Source of the DNA: Octopus sinensis
Lineage: Eukaryota
Reading direction: 5' to 3'
Length of the DNA stretch: 64,000 nt
NCBI RefSeq assembly: GCF_006345805.1
Contig: NC_042998.1
Coordinates: 72,416,001-72,480,000 of the forward strand
Below the pieces are notes generated by a model. It worked only from the letters and a program-made list of their open reading frames with translations, did no database searches and was not told the DNA's origin. The translations under genes and the position numbers were made by a program. Shown one piece after another: positions 1-12,260 of the stretch. Position 1 is the first letter of the stretch. The number at the start of each line of letters is the position of its first letter.

Positions 1-60
1 CAAAGAATAAATCCTGGAGACAGAGACTGAAAGAAGCCCGTCGTGTATATATATATATAT

Positions 61-470
61 ATTTGGTGAAATAGAAAGATGAATAATCTTGTTGCAGATT
101 AATCAAAAGTTTAACCGATACATTGGTAGCAAAAATCACAGCAGGAGACAGCACCGTTGTAGGTACACCCATATGGTGTTGCAACCGTGCGTTGGTGCGG
201 ATAATTGAATTTTAATATTATTAGTGAATTGAAGAAATGGAGTTGAACGAAGATTGAACAGAAATCGTTTTATTGCATTCTACACGTGTTTCGAAAGCCA
301 CAATTTACCAAATTCCGATTGAATAAGGAGACCATATTGTGTCTTTCTCTTCAGGAAGAAATAGGAATTCCGTTGGCAAAAACAAAAACAGAACAGAGGC
401 GCAGCAAAACGAGCCCATGGCCAAACCTATTTCTTCCTGAAGAGAAAGACACAATATGATCTCTACTACC
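61..470 (-). mobile_element. PLE-type terminal repeat remnant (family A) with a short internal inversion
   Basis: Reverse complement of ~3720-4034. It begins at a (TA)n tract, and 426-467 is an inverted copy of ~328-366. Confidence 0.7.
276..360 (-). ncRNA. Minimal type I hammerhead ribozyme motif (family A, copy 1)
   Basis: Minus strand reads TTCTTC-CTGAAGA-GAAAG..long stem II..CTTTC-GAAA-CACGTG-TA-GAATG: intact core, palindromic helix III, GUA cleavage triplet. Confidence 0.7.
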
Positions 471-795
471 TCTGTCAAATGACTTGTAAAAATCGGCCTT
501 TCGTTTTCTTTTTACAACCTTTGCCTATTTTTTGCTTGGGATATAAGGTACACAAAACGTATTTTGGAATTATGTGTATTTACTTTATACACATATAGTA
601 GTTGAAATCTCTCTTTTAACATCTCCTCTAACGTCTATGTCCCATGCTGGCATGGGTTGGAGACGTGTAAATATAGAAAGGTGATATCTCAACAACTAGC
701 AGTTGAGACCTTTGTAATCTAGACGGCATTTAAAAATGATTCCCTTTAACTCGGGTAAAGCCGGGTATTTCTGTTAGTAACATATATATATATTT

Positions 796-1218
796 AGAAA
801 GTGGAGTTGTAAGGTACCGCACGAATGGAATTATATATGAAAGAAGGTTTGAAAATGCAATTTTAAAAGATGTTTAATTACTTTACCGGTTTCACTTTTT
901 AGAAAAAAGATTGACAAAAGTAACATTTAAAAGTTTGGTTGTGTTAATTATTGGTTGTCACAAAATACTACAATACATATATACCTTCTTTGGTAACAAG
1001 AACATGTTAAGAACACAAAAAATTTTACAAGTTCATTAAAATATTGGGCACAAAAGATTACAACATATATATATACATTCTCAAGAGTATTTTGTAGTAT
1101 TTTGTGACAACCAATAATTAACACAACCAAACTTTTACATGTTACTTTTGACAATCTCTTTCTAAAAAGTGAAACCGCTAAAGTAAATAAACATCTTTTA
1201 AAATTGCATTTTCAAATC

Positions 1219-1222
<4 letters not shown>
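796..1222. mobile_element. Non-autonomous fold-back element (family B) with the same ends as the 10861-16335 PLE
   Basis: Inverted arms ~842-976 and ~1088-1222, both flanks (TA)n. Termini match 10861-10990 and 16250-16335. Confidence 0.75.
1143..1185 (+). ncRNA. Hammerhead-like motif with U3-A8 core variant (family B)
   Basis: TACTT-TTGACAA-stem II-GAAA-CCGC-TA-AAGTA followed by AATAAA. Stem II is weak and helix III is mutated from CCGG. Confidence 0.45.
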
Positions 1223-1261
<39 letters not shown>

Positions 1262-1266
<5 letters not shown>

Positions 1267-1446
1267 TAATCCAAACATGAAAGCACAAAAAACACAACAA
1301 CGCGAGGACGTGGAACAAGTATAGTATTATATGACGCTCACGAAAGAAGGAAAGAAGGAGGGTTTAACGTTTCGAGCGGAGCTCTTCGTCGAAAACATAG
1401 GAGAAGGAAAGATCCAGAGAAGGGAAGACAGAGGTACACACGCGGT

Positions 1447-1452
<6 letters not shown>
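1262..1452 (-). mobile_element. PLE-type terminal fragment (family C) between two (TA)n tracts, with an HHR-like motif at 1362-1396
   Basis: Minus strand GTTT-TCGACGA-A-GAGC-TCC-GCTC-GAAA-CG-TT-AAAC. Stems I and II pair, but the core deviates from CTGANGA. Confidence 0.5.
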
Positions 1453-1479
<27 letters not shown>

Positions 1480-2364
1480 CGCATAAATATTCTATTAAAA
1501 ATGAATTTCAATCTTGCTTGCTTGGAAAGTTACACTGTGAAACAGGCGAATAATGGGAAAATTCTCCGAAAATAACTTACCCTGAAAGGAAAGAAACTAA
1601 TTTTTCCATTAGAGAGATTATGATGGCCATAAGTCTTACTGCCTTACTTTACCTTGCCAACGAATGAATATGAGTTGTTTTATAGTAAATATTTGTATTT
1701 TCGCATTTGTTAAATACAATAATTTAATCATTTAGAAATATTTTTAAGTGTATATGATTTCAAAAATATAAGTTGTTTGTACAGTAAGTATTTATATTTC
1801 AGCCTTCTTTAAACAAACAATACGTTTTTTTAAATAAAAATTTAAATTTAAAAAAAAAACTATTTTGAATTGAATACCATTGCAAAAAATATTACTTTAA
1901 AGCTACGGCAAATATTTCGTTGAAGTAACCTCGGTGTGAAATAATTTTTTTGCATAAGTATTTTTCGAGTGCATTCAACCTATCTCACCTTCAAATATTT
2001 GGCTGCTATTTCTAGCACGTCCTGCTACCACGTAAGAGTAATTTGCCATAAAGGACCCGAAATAGCTGTTATGTGGTCGCAGGGCGTGCAAGAAACAGCA
2101 GTCGGCTCTTTCCTTTTCTGGGGAAGGAGCCGTTTATGCTTGAAATCGATGTCACATTTGTTGAAAGCATGTCAAATAACTTGGAAGAGGAAAGAAAGAA
2201 ACCACGAATCAAAACTCCGTTAGTCGGAAAGTCAAACTATCCTGGATAAACTCCGAGGTCCCCAAAAAGCTCCTCTTTTTTTCCGAACGAAAGTGGCTTG
2301 CAGTGGGTTTGGAGGTGAGATACATTGATTGCACTCGAAAAACCTGTGCTAAATTTTATTTCAG

Positions 2365-2640
2365 ACCGAAGTACGAACGGGTGATTTACGAATTATTTAC
2401 CCGAGATCGGGACAACCGTGCGAACACAATAATCAATGAGACGGATAAAGCAAGGGCTGAGGGACTCACGTGACAGAGAGAAAGAGACAGGAGCGGGAGA
2501 GATCAGGAATCGGACGCTCGAAAAGCTGAGCGTCTGGCGAAAGAGAAGGAAAGGGAAAAAAGCAAGAGACGTCATGAATCGGATGCTGATGTTAATACAA
2601 ATGGAATAAATCAAGTTTCGCGTTACCGAGACTCGTGCTT
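2365..2640 (+). pseudogene. Relic coding 23-aa STPR-like repeats, probably from a transposon (Helitron-type N-terminus)
   Basis: The frame from 2438 reads ETDKARAEGLT*QRERDRSGRDQ / ESDARKAERLAKEKEREKSKRRH / ESDAD, an exact 23-aa period, with an in-frame TGA at 2471-2473. Confidence 0.5.
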
Positions 2641-2918
2641 TTTTTTCTTTCTGGTACCCTTATAAAGAGCCAAACTGGCGTATAAGGAGAAACATGCTTT
2701 GAATGTAATACACGAGGAAATCGAACCACGAATTTCCGAGATACGTGTTTTTTTTTTCGAGTACCTTGAACTATTGCTGATCAAAAAGGTAACAGATAGC
2801 CTAGTCTAATCTAGTGTATATATATATATATTATATATAATATATATATATATATATAAACATTATTGGTGAATTGAAGAAATGGAGCTGAACGCAGATT
2901 GAACAGAAATCGTTTTAT

Positions 2919-3004
2919 TTCATTCTACACGTGTTTCGAAAGGCACAAATTACCAAATCCGATTGAATAATGGGACCATATTGTGTCTTTCTCTTCAGGA
3001 AGAA
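2919..3004 (-). ncRNA. Minimal hammerhead motif (family A, left arm)
   Basis: TTCTTC-CTGAAGA-GAAAG...CTTTC-GAAA-CACGTG-TA-GAATGAA, then AATAAA. Confidence 0.72.
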
Positions 3005-3745
3005 AAAAGGAAATCCGTTGGAAAAACAAAACAGAACAGAAGCGGAGCAAAAAACAAATCGAACTGTGCTCCTAAGAGCCCATGGCGAAACTGTTTATCA
3101 GTGTATGTTGAGAACCGGTGGCTGAAGAATTCAACGGGTCAGCATCGGTCAATCATGTTGGGTGAGGGTGTATAGATGTTCTTTGTGACCGAGAATAAAG
3201 ATCTGACTATTTAAAGAATATTGGATGTTTTATAAGTGGCGAGAAAAAATCTACTTAGAGACGTGTGTGTGTGTATACTGTTCTATATATGTGTGTGTTG
3301 GCGTAGGGGTAGAAAACATTTTTTGTGTACGTGTGTGCGTTTGATCGTTCGGCTGCTGTGGCTACTGCCGTGATAACGGTTATCACGGCAGTAACCACTG
3401 ACAGCCGAACGATCAAACGCACACACGTACACAAAAAATGTTTCTACCCCTACGCCAACACACATATATAGAACAGTATACACACACACACGTCTCTAAG
3501 TAGATTTTTCTCGCCACTTATAAAACATCCAATATTCTTTAAATAGTCAGATCTTTTTCTCGGTCACAAAGAACATCTATACACCCTCACCCACATGATT
3601 GACCGATGCCTGACCCGTTGAATTCTTCAGCCACCGTTCTCACATACACTGATAAACAGTTTCGCCATGGGCTCTTAGGAGCACAGTTCGATTTGTTTTT
3701 TGCTCCGCCTCTGTTCTGTTTTTGTTTTTCCAACGGATTCCTTTT

Positions 3746-3826
3746 TTCTTCCTGAAGAGAAAGACCCAATATGGTCCCATTATTCAATTTTGGTAATTTG
3801 TGCCTTTCGAACACGTGTAGAATGAA
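3746..3826 (+). ncRNA. Minimal hammerhead motif (family A, right arm), one A of GAAA missing
   Basis: TTCTTC-CTGAAGA(3752-3758)-GAAAG...CTTTC-GAA-CACGTG-TA-GAATGAA-ATAAA. Confidence 0.6.
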
Positions 3827-4041
3827 ATAAAACGATTTCTGTTCAATCTGCGTTCAGCTCCATTTCTTCAATTCACCAATAATGTTTTAATTTCTTATCC
3901 GCACCAACGCACGGTTGCAACGCCAGATGGTTGTACCTCCAACCATGCTGTTTACTGCTGTGATTTTTGCTACTAAGGTATCGGTTAAACTGTTGATTAA
4001 TCTACTACAAGATTATTCATCTTTCTATTTCACATAATATA

Positions 4042-4095
<54 letters not shown>

Positions 4096-4749
4096 ATTAT
4101 ATATAATATATATATATATATATATATGTGTGCATGTATGAGTGTGCAATTTTAAACAAAAAATTGACTAGAAATCTTGTATCGTATTGTGGCATTTGAT
4201 TTAAAATAAGCTGTGCACTTACTTCCTTTCAAAGTAACGAAACTGACGGCAAATGACAGGTGTCACGGTGAAACGCATTTAAGTTATTTTTTACCCGTTA
4301 CGTGCGAGAAAATTGCTCGTATGTTGAATTTCTTATGCGATATCTATGTACAGAAAAAGTATATTTATATATGAAAGACAAATATATAAACGTTACCGGC
4401 TTTTTTATGGTCATGAATGTTTCTTCTACATAGAATGTCGTTGTTTTACAATTTGCTATACATTTTTGTTATATATAACAACAAAAAAAACCTGAGGTTG
4501 AGAGAGGTAGTATGGGATTTGTTATTTATATATTTATTTTTGACAATAAGAATACAATTAGTGAATTTGTGTTAGAAATAAATAATATATTTAATTGGTT
4601 GTAAAACCGAATTCTAAAAGTCCTTTATCTTTTTTACGCTTTCCCATGTGGATCTAAATTTGTCATTGGATACAGATAAATCAATTAACAACAATCCGAT
4701 AATAGATACTTCACAGACGGAGAAGTTGTTTTCTTTTGATGAATTCCAA

Positions 4750-4793
<44 letters not shown>

Positions 4794-5450
4794 ATATATA
4801 TATATGTATATCTTTATATAATCACAATAGTTCATATATATTTTATTGTTATTCGATCAATACAGCAAAACAAGTCGAATTTCGATACGTTGCTCACAAT
4901 GAAAGATAATTAGGATGTATATGTAGTAAAGAAAATTGTGAATAAAAAAAAACAAATCTGACCTAAGAGAAATGGTGATAACAAAGTTATCCTTTATTTG
5001 AGCGTATGCTTAAACTTTACTGGTTCGTATCTTTTGTCGTTGATTTTATTTTTCATTTAATTTTCAACCGATTTTACTATTCGTTCTTTTGTAAGTTGAT
5101 AAATGGCTGAGAAAATTCTGAAAGAATTGTATGTTGTTTTAAAACTTCAAAATAGAGGAATAAAAGCCTAGAGTGAATACACCAAGTATAAAACATTAAA
5201 ATTTAAAAACAAAAACACATATTTAGGAGCGCCGAATACAATTCAGTGTATATTTATATGAAAGACAACAGGCGAATTATGAATTCGTGCACATACACAC
5301 ATACGCACACAGGCACAAACACAAAGGCACATGTATATATATATATATATAATATATATATATATACATACATACATACATACATGCATATATAAATATA
5401 TATACACATACATATATACATACATATATATATATAATATATATATATAG

Positions 5451-5507
<57 letters not shown>

Positions 5508-5849
5508 AAATTCGATTAGAGCCTTGTACTAACCTCATGAATGCATGGTTCATCCAAGGAAAAACTGGTTCAATACCCAGTATTTTGGGCGCTTTCATTC
5601 CCTTAAAATAATAGGTATATATATATTACCACGAAGAATGTGTTCTCAAGTAATATATCAGCAAAAACAGAAATTGTAAAAATAAAGGCAAATGAAAGTA
5701 TACGAAATAAAAAAACGATTACCTATGTACCATTGGGAGGGGAGGTTTGTGAATTTTTGTCTGTGCTTCTTTTTTTCTATTTTAAGTCGGTGGGGAATGG
5801 GTGAGTTTGGTGTTTGCGGGGGGAGGGTGTTGTTGAGAAGGTATGGGTC

Positions 5850-6800
5850 GGATGGGTACGGGTTGGGGTTCACATTGACTTCCTTCTTCTTCTTCTTCCT
5901 CTTCTGTCTTCCTCGAGCGACCTTCCATATTTCATCCTAGTTCGTTTCTATCCCTTTCGGTTCCTTATCGCCTTCCAATTGGGCCTCTTTCTTGTTTTTA
6001 AGGAGGCAGGCCGCTCTAATGTGGCCCTTTTGGCCACATTGTAAGCAACGAAGGAGTCTACCCACTACCCACATTCTCAACACCGTTTCTCCCACTCACA
6101 CCGTTTCTACCATATTTTCCAAATGTTCCACAGTACTTTGTATAATGATGTCTAGTACCTTTCCTCTCCAGGTTGTGGTCTCCGTCTCTGTGGCTTGGAA
6201 CACCGTTACTTCTTTTTCACTTCCTAGAAGCACGAGCCGCTGCCACCCAAATTTCAGTGGGGATTCCCTCCACCTGACCCTTGAAATTCTTCCAAGGTAC
6301 GTGGGTAGGAGGATCACCCTTTCCGTCTTCATTGGGTTTGCTGAGTATTCCCTCGCCTTTTTCTAATTTTTAAAATGCACCTCAATAGTGCTGTATCGGC
6401 TTCCTCTGGCAAGATGTGTTTTATCTTGCCAGATTGGTCTCAGAGCCTTTTCTATTACTTCCGTAGGTTCAATTGTGATTCTTTTTTCTTTAATTGAATA
6501 CAACTTATACACCTTTCTTCCATGTTTCCTATAACTTCTTGCGGTGGTGACAATTTCAGGTCACCACCTTCTCTATTCAACACTCTTTCAAAGTTCTTCA
6601 ACTTTTTCAGGCTTACCTCTTTTTAGGAACTGCTGTCGCCTCCTGCAAAACTTTTCTTCTCTAGGCACTTGTCCATTACTTCTACCGCTCGCACGGGCTC
6701 CTCCTCTGAAGACGATATTTCAGACCCGCTTAGGTCTGAATTGAACATGTTTATCATTATATACTTACCATCCCTCCTCAAATGTGGGATGGAGAATACA
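5850..6800 (-). pseudogene. Gag-like ORF1 relic of a non-LTR retrotransposon (L1/Tx1-like) with a CCHC zinc knuckle
   Basis: CLQCGQKGHIRAAC (Cx2Cx4Hx4C) is encoded at 6047-6006. Upstream reads IEVHF..AREY..RVILLPTYLGRISRVR/VEGIPTEI, with stops and frameshifts. Confidence 0.65.
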
Positions 6801-7007
6801 AAAGCCGCTGCAAAGTAGCACAAACGTTCAAATATTACAGATAAAACACCAGCATACAACAAACGACGTGAACACCTCTTCCGTGGAGACAGTTTAAAAT
6901 GTACGCTGTAGTGTCTGGCTTAAGTTATGTTTTCAGACCAATAAGATGACGCTATCTATTTGCATGATGTCATAAATCATCCTTATACATGCATCTACAT
7001 TCGTGTG

Positions 7008-7590
7008 GCAAGATGCATACATGTGTTGTAATGCTCAACAACACGCAGGAATGCATATGTATGAGGGTTCATAAATGGTTTTTTTAAACTTGTGATATTT
7101 TTCTAAATTTTTCTGGGCTGACGGTGTTAGTGTAGTCGCTACATTTTAAAGTTACTGCTTAATAAATCGTAGTTTCCATTCATATATTTGTGTAACCTAA
7201 TATATCTATCGTAAAGATGTATCATAAAAATATATAAAAATAAAATTTATGTCAATCTTATTCAGCATACAGCCATGGTTGTCCTTCAAATACTGATAGA
7301 TTTCTGTCGTAGTTGTATTATTGCTCTAATATTCCTCAAATGGCAGTCTTCTGCATAATATATTTTCGTTCATCTTTTATGTTTTACTGGTTTCCGTCAT
7401 GAGACTGCGGTTGTGAAGAAGTTTTTAGTCGAATGTATCGATCCCAGTAATTTTCTTTTAAAATTGGTACTTATTCTGTTAAAATCTAGAAATGAAGGAC
7501 CAGTGGTCAAGCGGTATTGGGGGGACAAATACAAAGACAAAAATGCATCCCAAGCACGCACACACAAACACACGTACACAGACACTCACA

Positions 7591-7626
<36 letters not shown>

Positions 7627-7627
7627 T

Positions 7628-7669
<42 letters not shown>

Positions 7670-10043
7670 GTACGACGCTCTTCATTCACCTGCCATCTAC
7701 CAAAACCCCTCGGAATCTCTATAGGAACTCATATACGCAAGTACACACGTGTATATATACATAAAAATACGTACATAGCATACAATAAGATGGGCATAGA
7801 TTCAAGTATAAACTATGTGCATGTCGTACAAGGATAATTAGAAAGCTGGCGATGTGTTTGAGCCATAGATTTTTGATAAAATCGGTTGATGCCCCGATAT
7901 ATATGTAGGGGCCTTCTATAGCATTTACAATGCATTTGTATACCACGATCTTCTTCATACATTGGTTATCCAAAGGAGAATTGGATCCTTCTTTGCATGA
8001 GCATAACCGTTTGATTTTGCTAGCTTGTGTACAAGAAGTTCTGGAGTGATTGGTTCTGCTCGGTATGTTGGTTGTTAATATTATCGTTATATTATCACTG
8101 TGTCTTTAGTTTATTATTTGAATTGTTGCCGGTTTTATAGTTTGGATGTTTATTAAGGATATTGTAATTATTGATCTGTTGTTTGGTACTATAATACGAG
8201 TTATAAACGTTGTCTTTCAGTTGGTCATATGAGTTATAGTTGATGTGGAGAAGGTTATTTTGAGTGCTGCCTAATCTTCGCCTCAGTTTACGGTTGTTAA
8301 TACTATGAATATGGTGCTCTATGTTTGATGAATTTGCATATTATACTTTTATAATGTGACGGTTGAATATTTTACTGTAAACTCCATTTTTAGGGATGTG
8401 GTGATCATGTGCGTTGAAAAATTCCTTCGCGATCTTAGATGAGAAGTAGGAGTTACAGACTGGTTATACCAAAGGACGTCACGGTTTTTATATTTTCGGT
8501 TAGGTATGTTCTTCTTGGTGCTTGGAACGGCAATTGTGTTTTGTGGCGTTAGGTACTTAATTTGTTGTCTATTACATGCACATACATGCACACACGCACA
8601 CGCAACGCATGCACACGCATATATATATATATATAAACATAGGTACATACATTATGAGAATAAGTACAAGCGGACGGATATAGCAATTGAAGCGCAAGGC
8701 AATGCTTATATATATTCTAATTCGATGCTTTGCTTCTAATATATATCTGATAATGTAGTTAAGTGTAAAATTGAAAATAAATAGCTGCTTATGACATTAG
8801 TTAATTTCCAAGACATTACTCTAGCCAGACTCTCATATCTATATCAATTATAGCGTTTTAATGCATGCTGTATTTTTATTTCTCAACCGCTGTTTGCACG
8901 GTACAAAATTATTTCGCTTTAACTAAGTGACGATAATAAAAAGGCAATTTTGAATACCTTCTCATATATATTTGGAAATTTCCTGTTTCAAGACAAATAG
9001 ACAAATACATAATTTTGTTGGAAATGTTCATATATCACACTTGGAATATGTCGTATTTATTTTTCAATTGATGAAATTACTGCTGTCGTAGAGTTTTATT
9101 TCTGCTGCAAAGTTAATAAAATTTAAAGAGTGGCTGTAAAAACTGTATTATTAAAAGTACATACTTTGCCTTCTTGAATTGCTAGTTTGCTGTATGCGAT
9201 ATTTTCTAATTGTGTAGGAGAAGTTATCTTTATGAATATAACTTACGAATCTGAATTTCAGGTATTTTGATGGTTCTTATGATTCAAGCCGCTCGTTTGT
9301 GTTTTTAGGTATACATGCACAATCTCTCTCCAGTCTGTTTGCTTGTTTTATGTAAAATTTAAGACATGAGTTTATTCTGATGATGTATATAGAAGAGTAG
9401 TCCATAGCATTGTGTGGTTAGTCATACCTTAAATTGAGGTTTCTAATATTCAATTCACACTATATTGTCATGGACTAATATCACATTCAACATTTAATAT
9501 AATGCATGTCCTTTATTACGATTACAAAAACAACAGAAAGCTCCTCGGGAACGTCGAAATCCTGGAAGACGGTTGATCTTGAAGGCTCTACTTAGAAGTA
9601 TATCAACTGCTATGAAACAATCTTCCATAAAGACGCAACATAATTAAAAGCACGCTTCCTAGGTCTAATATTCCGTAAGCGCGTTTCCTAGATATAATAG
9701 TACAGTAAGTTCTACAAACGTTTTTAGATCCACTTGCACTAGAACGTTGTCAGTGTAAAAGTGTACTTTTGATTTTACTGATAAAGTGAATAACGTATGT
9801 AAGTTGCATCACTGAGAATGTTCTTCTACTTTAATTCAGAAATACAGCAAAGCTTTTTATGGTGGCTATGAATGTGTGTATGTTTACTGTATAGACTACG
9901 TATAACTTATTTGTATGTATGTATCTATGTGTATATACATATATTTTTATGTATATATACACGTGTGTATTTGCGTATATGAGTTCCTATACAACTTCCG
10001 AGGGGTTTTGGTAGATGGAAGGTGAATGAAGAGCGTCGTACAC

Positions 10044-10087
<44 letters not shown>

Positions 10088-10747
10088 TGTGTGTGTTTGT
10101 GTGTGTGTGTGTGTATATATATATATGAGTGTGTGTGTGGTGTGTGTGTGTGTGTGTGTGTCTGTATGTGTGTGTGTGTGTGTGTGCGCATGTGTGCGTC
10201 CTTTGGCGCATTTTTGTCATTGAATTTGTCCCCCAATACCGCTTGACAACTTGTGCTTCATTTCTAGATTTTAACAGAATAAGTACCAATCTTTGAAAAA
10301 CAATTACTGGGATCGATACATTCGATTAAAACCTTCTTCACGACCGCAGTCTCATGACTGAAATCAGTAAAACATAAAAGTAGAACGATAGTATATTATG
10401 CGGAAGCCTGCCTTTTCAGGAATATTAGAGCAATAAGACAACTACAACAGTAATCTATCAGTATTTTAAGGACAACCATGGCTGTATACTGAATAACATA
10501 GACATAAATTTTATTTCTATATATCTATATCATATATCTTTACGATTGATATGTTAAGTTACACCAATATAGGAATGGAAAATATCATTTATTAAGCAGT
10601 AACTTTAAAATTTAGCTACTACACTAACACCGTCAACCCACAAAAATTAAGAAAAATATCACAAGCTTTTAAAAAATCATTTATGAACCCTCATACATAT
10701 GCATTCCTCCGTGATGTTGAGTATTTCAACACATGTATGCATCTTGC
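7008..10747. repeat. Diverged ~800-bp inverted repeat, arms 7008-7789 and 9906-10747
   Basis: Continuous reverse-complement match that includes SINE fragments and CA/TA microsatellites, with visible substitutions throughout. Confidence 0.9.
7830..8560 (-). pseudogene. Decayed Penelope-like element (second lineage): thumb/linker region and GIY-YIG start
   Basis: Across frameshifts it reads RDVLWYN, KEFFNAHDHHIPKNGVYSKIFNRH, LCSCKEGSNSPLDNQC and IVVYKCIV..YIYIGAST, matching the PLE WFNPP/KIFNRN/CxC..CPL/GIY-YIG pattern. Confidence 0.7.
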
Positions 10748-10748
10748 A

Positions 10749-10813
<65 letters not shown>

Positions 10814-10823
10814 ATATATATAA

Positions 10824-10864
<41 letters not shown>

Positions 10865-10940
10865 TTGAGTTGTGGGGTATCGTACGAGTGGGATTATATA
10901 TGAAAAAAGGTTTGAAAATGCAATTTAAACGATGTTTATT

Positions 10941-10983
10941 TACTTAACCGGTTTCACTCTTTGGTAAAAGATTGTCAAAAGTA
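10941..10983 (-). ncRNA. Hammerhead-like motif, U3-A8 variant, at the outer end of the left arm
   Basis: TACTT-TTGACAA-TCTTTTACCAAAGAGT-GAAA-CCGG-TT-AAGTA-AATAAA. Confidence 0.5.
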
Positions 10984-11976
10984 ACATTGAATATTATGGG
11001 TTCAAAAAAGTTTTACATAATTGTCACATTGAATATTATGAATTCAAAAATGTTTTTTTATACATAATTGTCACATTACATGTATATATATACAGTCTTT
11101 GGTAGAAAGGACATGTTAAAGACATAAGGAAGTGTAATAGTTTGGTGAGAAAGCTTGTAATATTGACAGAGAAAATTAAAATGGATATTTTAGACATCTC
11201 AGAATATTTTGAATCGAAGGCGAGAATTTGTTTTTTACTGACCTGTTTGTTTCAGCAGAAAAGTTGAATTGAGAGAAAAAAAGATGTGTACCCAGTTTGG
11301 TTTATACTTCCCCTTCAAGCATCAGTGATTTTGGGGTTATTGGGAGGTGAGTATGCGGGTGTGAATAGATGTGACCGTGTGCCTGCTGGTCAGACAGCGT
11401 CTGTTTGTCACACACATATATACACACCCACAACAACAACAACACACACACACATAGTATACAAACACACACCACATACACACACAACACACACACACAC
11501 ACACACACACAGAACACTCACACACACACAACGCACCCATATATATAATATATACACACAGCACACAAATATAACATGTATTTATATATAAAATACACAC
11601 ATATATAACACATACACACACAACACACACACACACTAACACACACACACAACACACGCACACATATATACATAATATAAATATCACACAAATACACCTG
11701 GCATATATATACACATACAATACACATACACAGCATGTATATAATACACATACACAATATATGCATGCAATATACATACGCAATACATACATATATATAT
11801 ATATATAGACAATGCATATACATGTATCATGTATATATAGCACACCTACAATATACATATATACAATGCACACATACATACAATATACATATACACAATG
11901 CGCATGCAAATAATGCACCTGTTTATACACACATATACATGCAAATATATATACACACACACACATACACACACAC

Positions 11977-12025
<49 letters not shown>

Positions 12026-12217
12026 CATACATACATACATGCACATATATATATATATTTTCACACACATACACACACATATATATATAAAATTCACACA
12101 CATACCCACACACACAAAATACAAACCTATAGCGTACACACTCAAATATATCTCTACATACCGCACACACACAAACAATGTACTCACATATACACACAAC
12201 CGTGCATATACACACCA

Positions 12218-12260
<43 letters not shown>

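Larger units (their letters stand above)
2858..4034. mobile_element. Near-perfect ~510-bp-arm palindrome of family A terminal repeats
   Basis: Arms 2858-3377 and 3379-3887 around a 1-nt spacer (TACTGCCGTGATAAC-G-GTTATCACGGCAGTA). The right arm continues to ~4034, and both flanks are (TA)n. Confidence 0.9.

Noticed and set aside
748-778. Possible Helitron 3' end (CGGGTAAAGCCGGG..TAGT)
   Set aside because: The hairpin is weak and the terminal CTAG reads GTTAG, with no matching 5' end found.
10695-10747. Hammerhead at the outer end of the 7008-10747 arms
   Set aside because: ATGCA/TGCAT stems and CACATG are present, but there is no CTGANGA or GAAA core in either arm.
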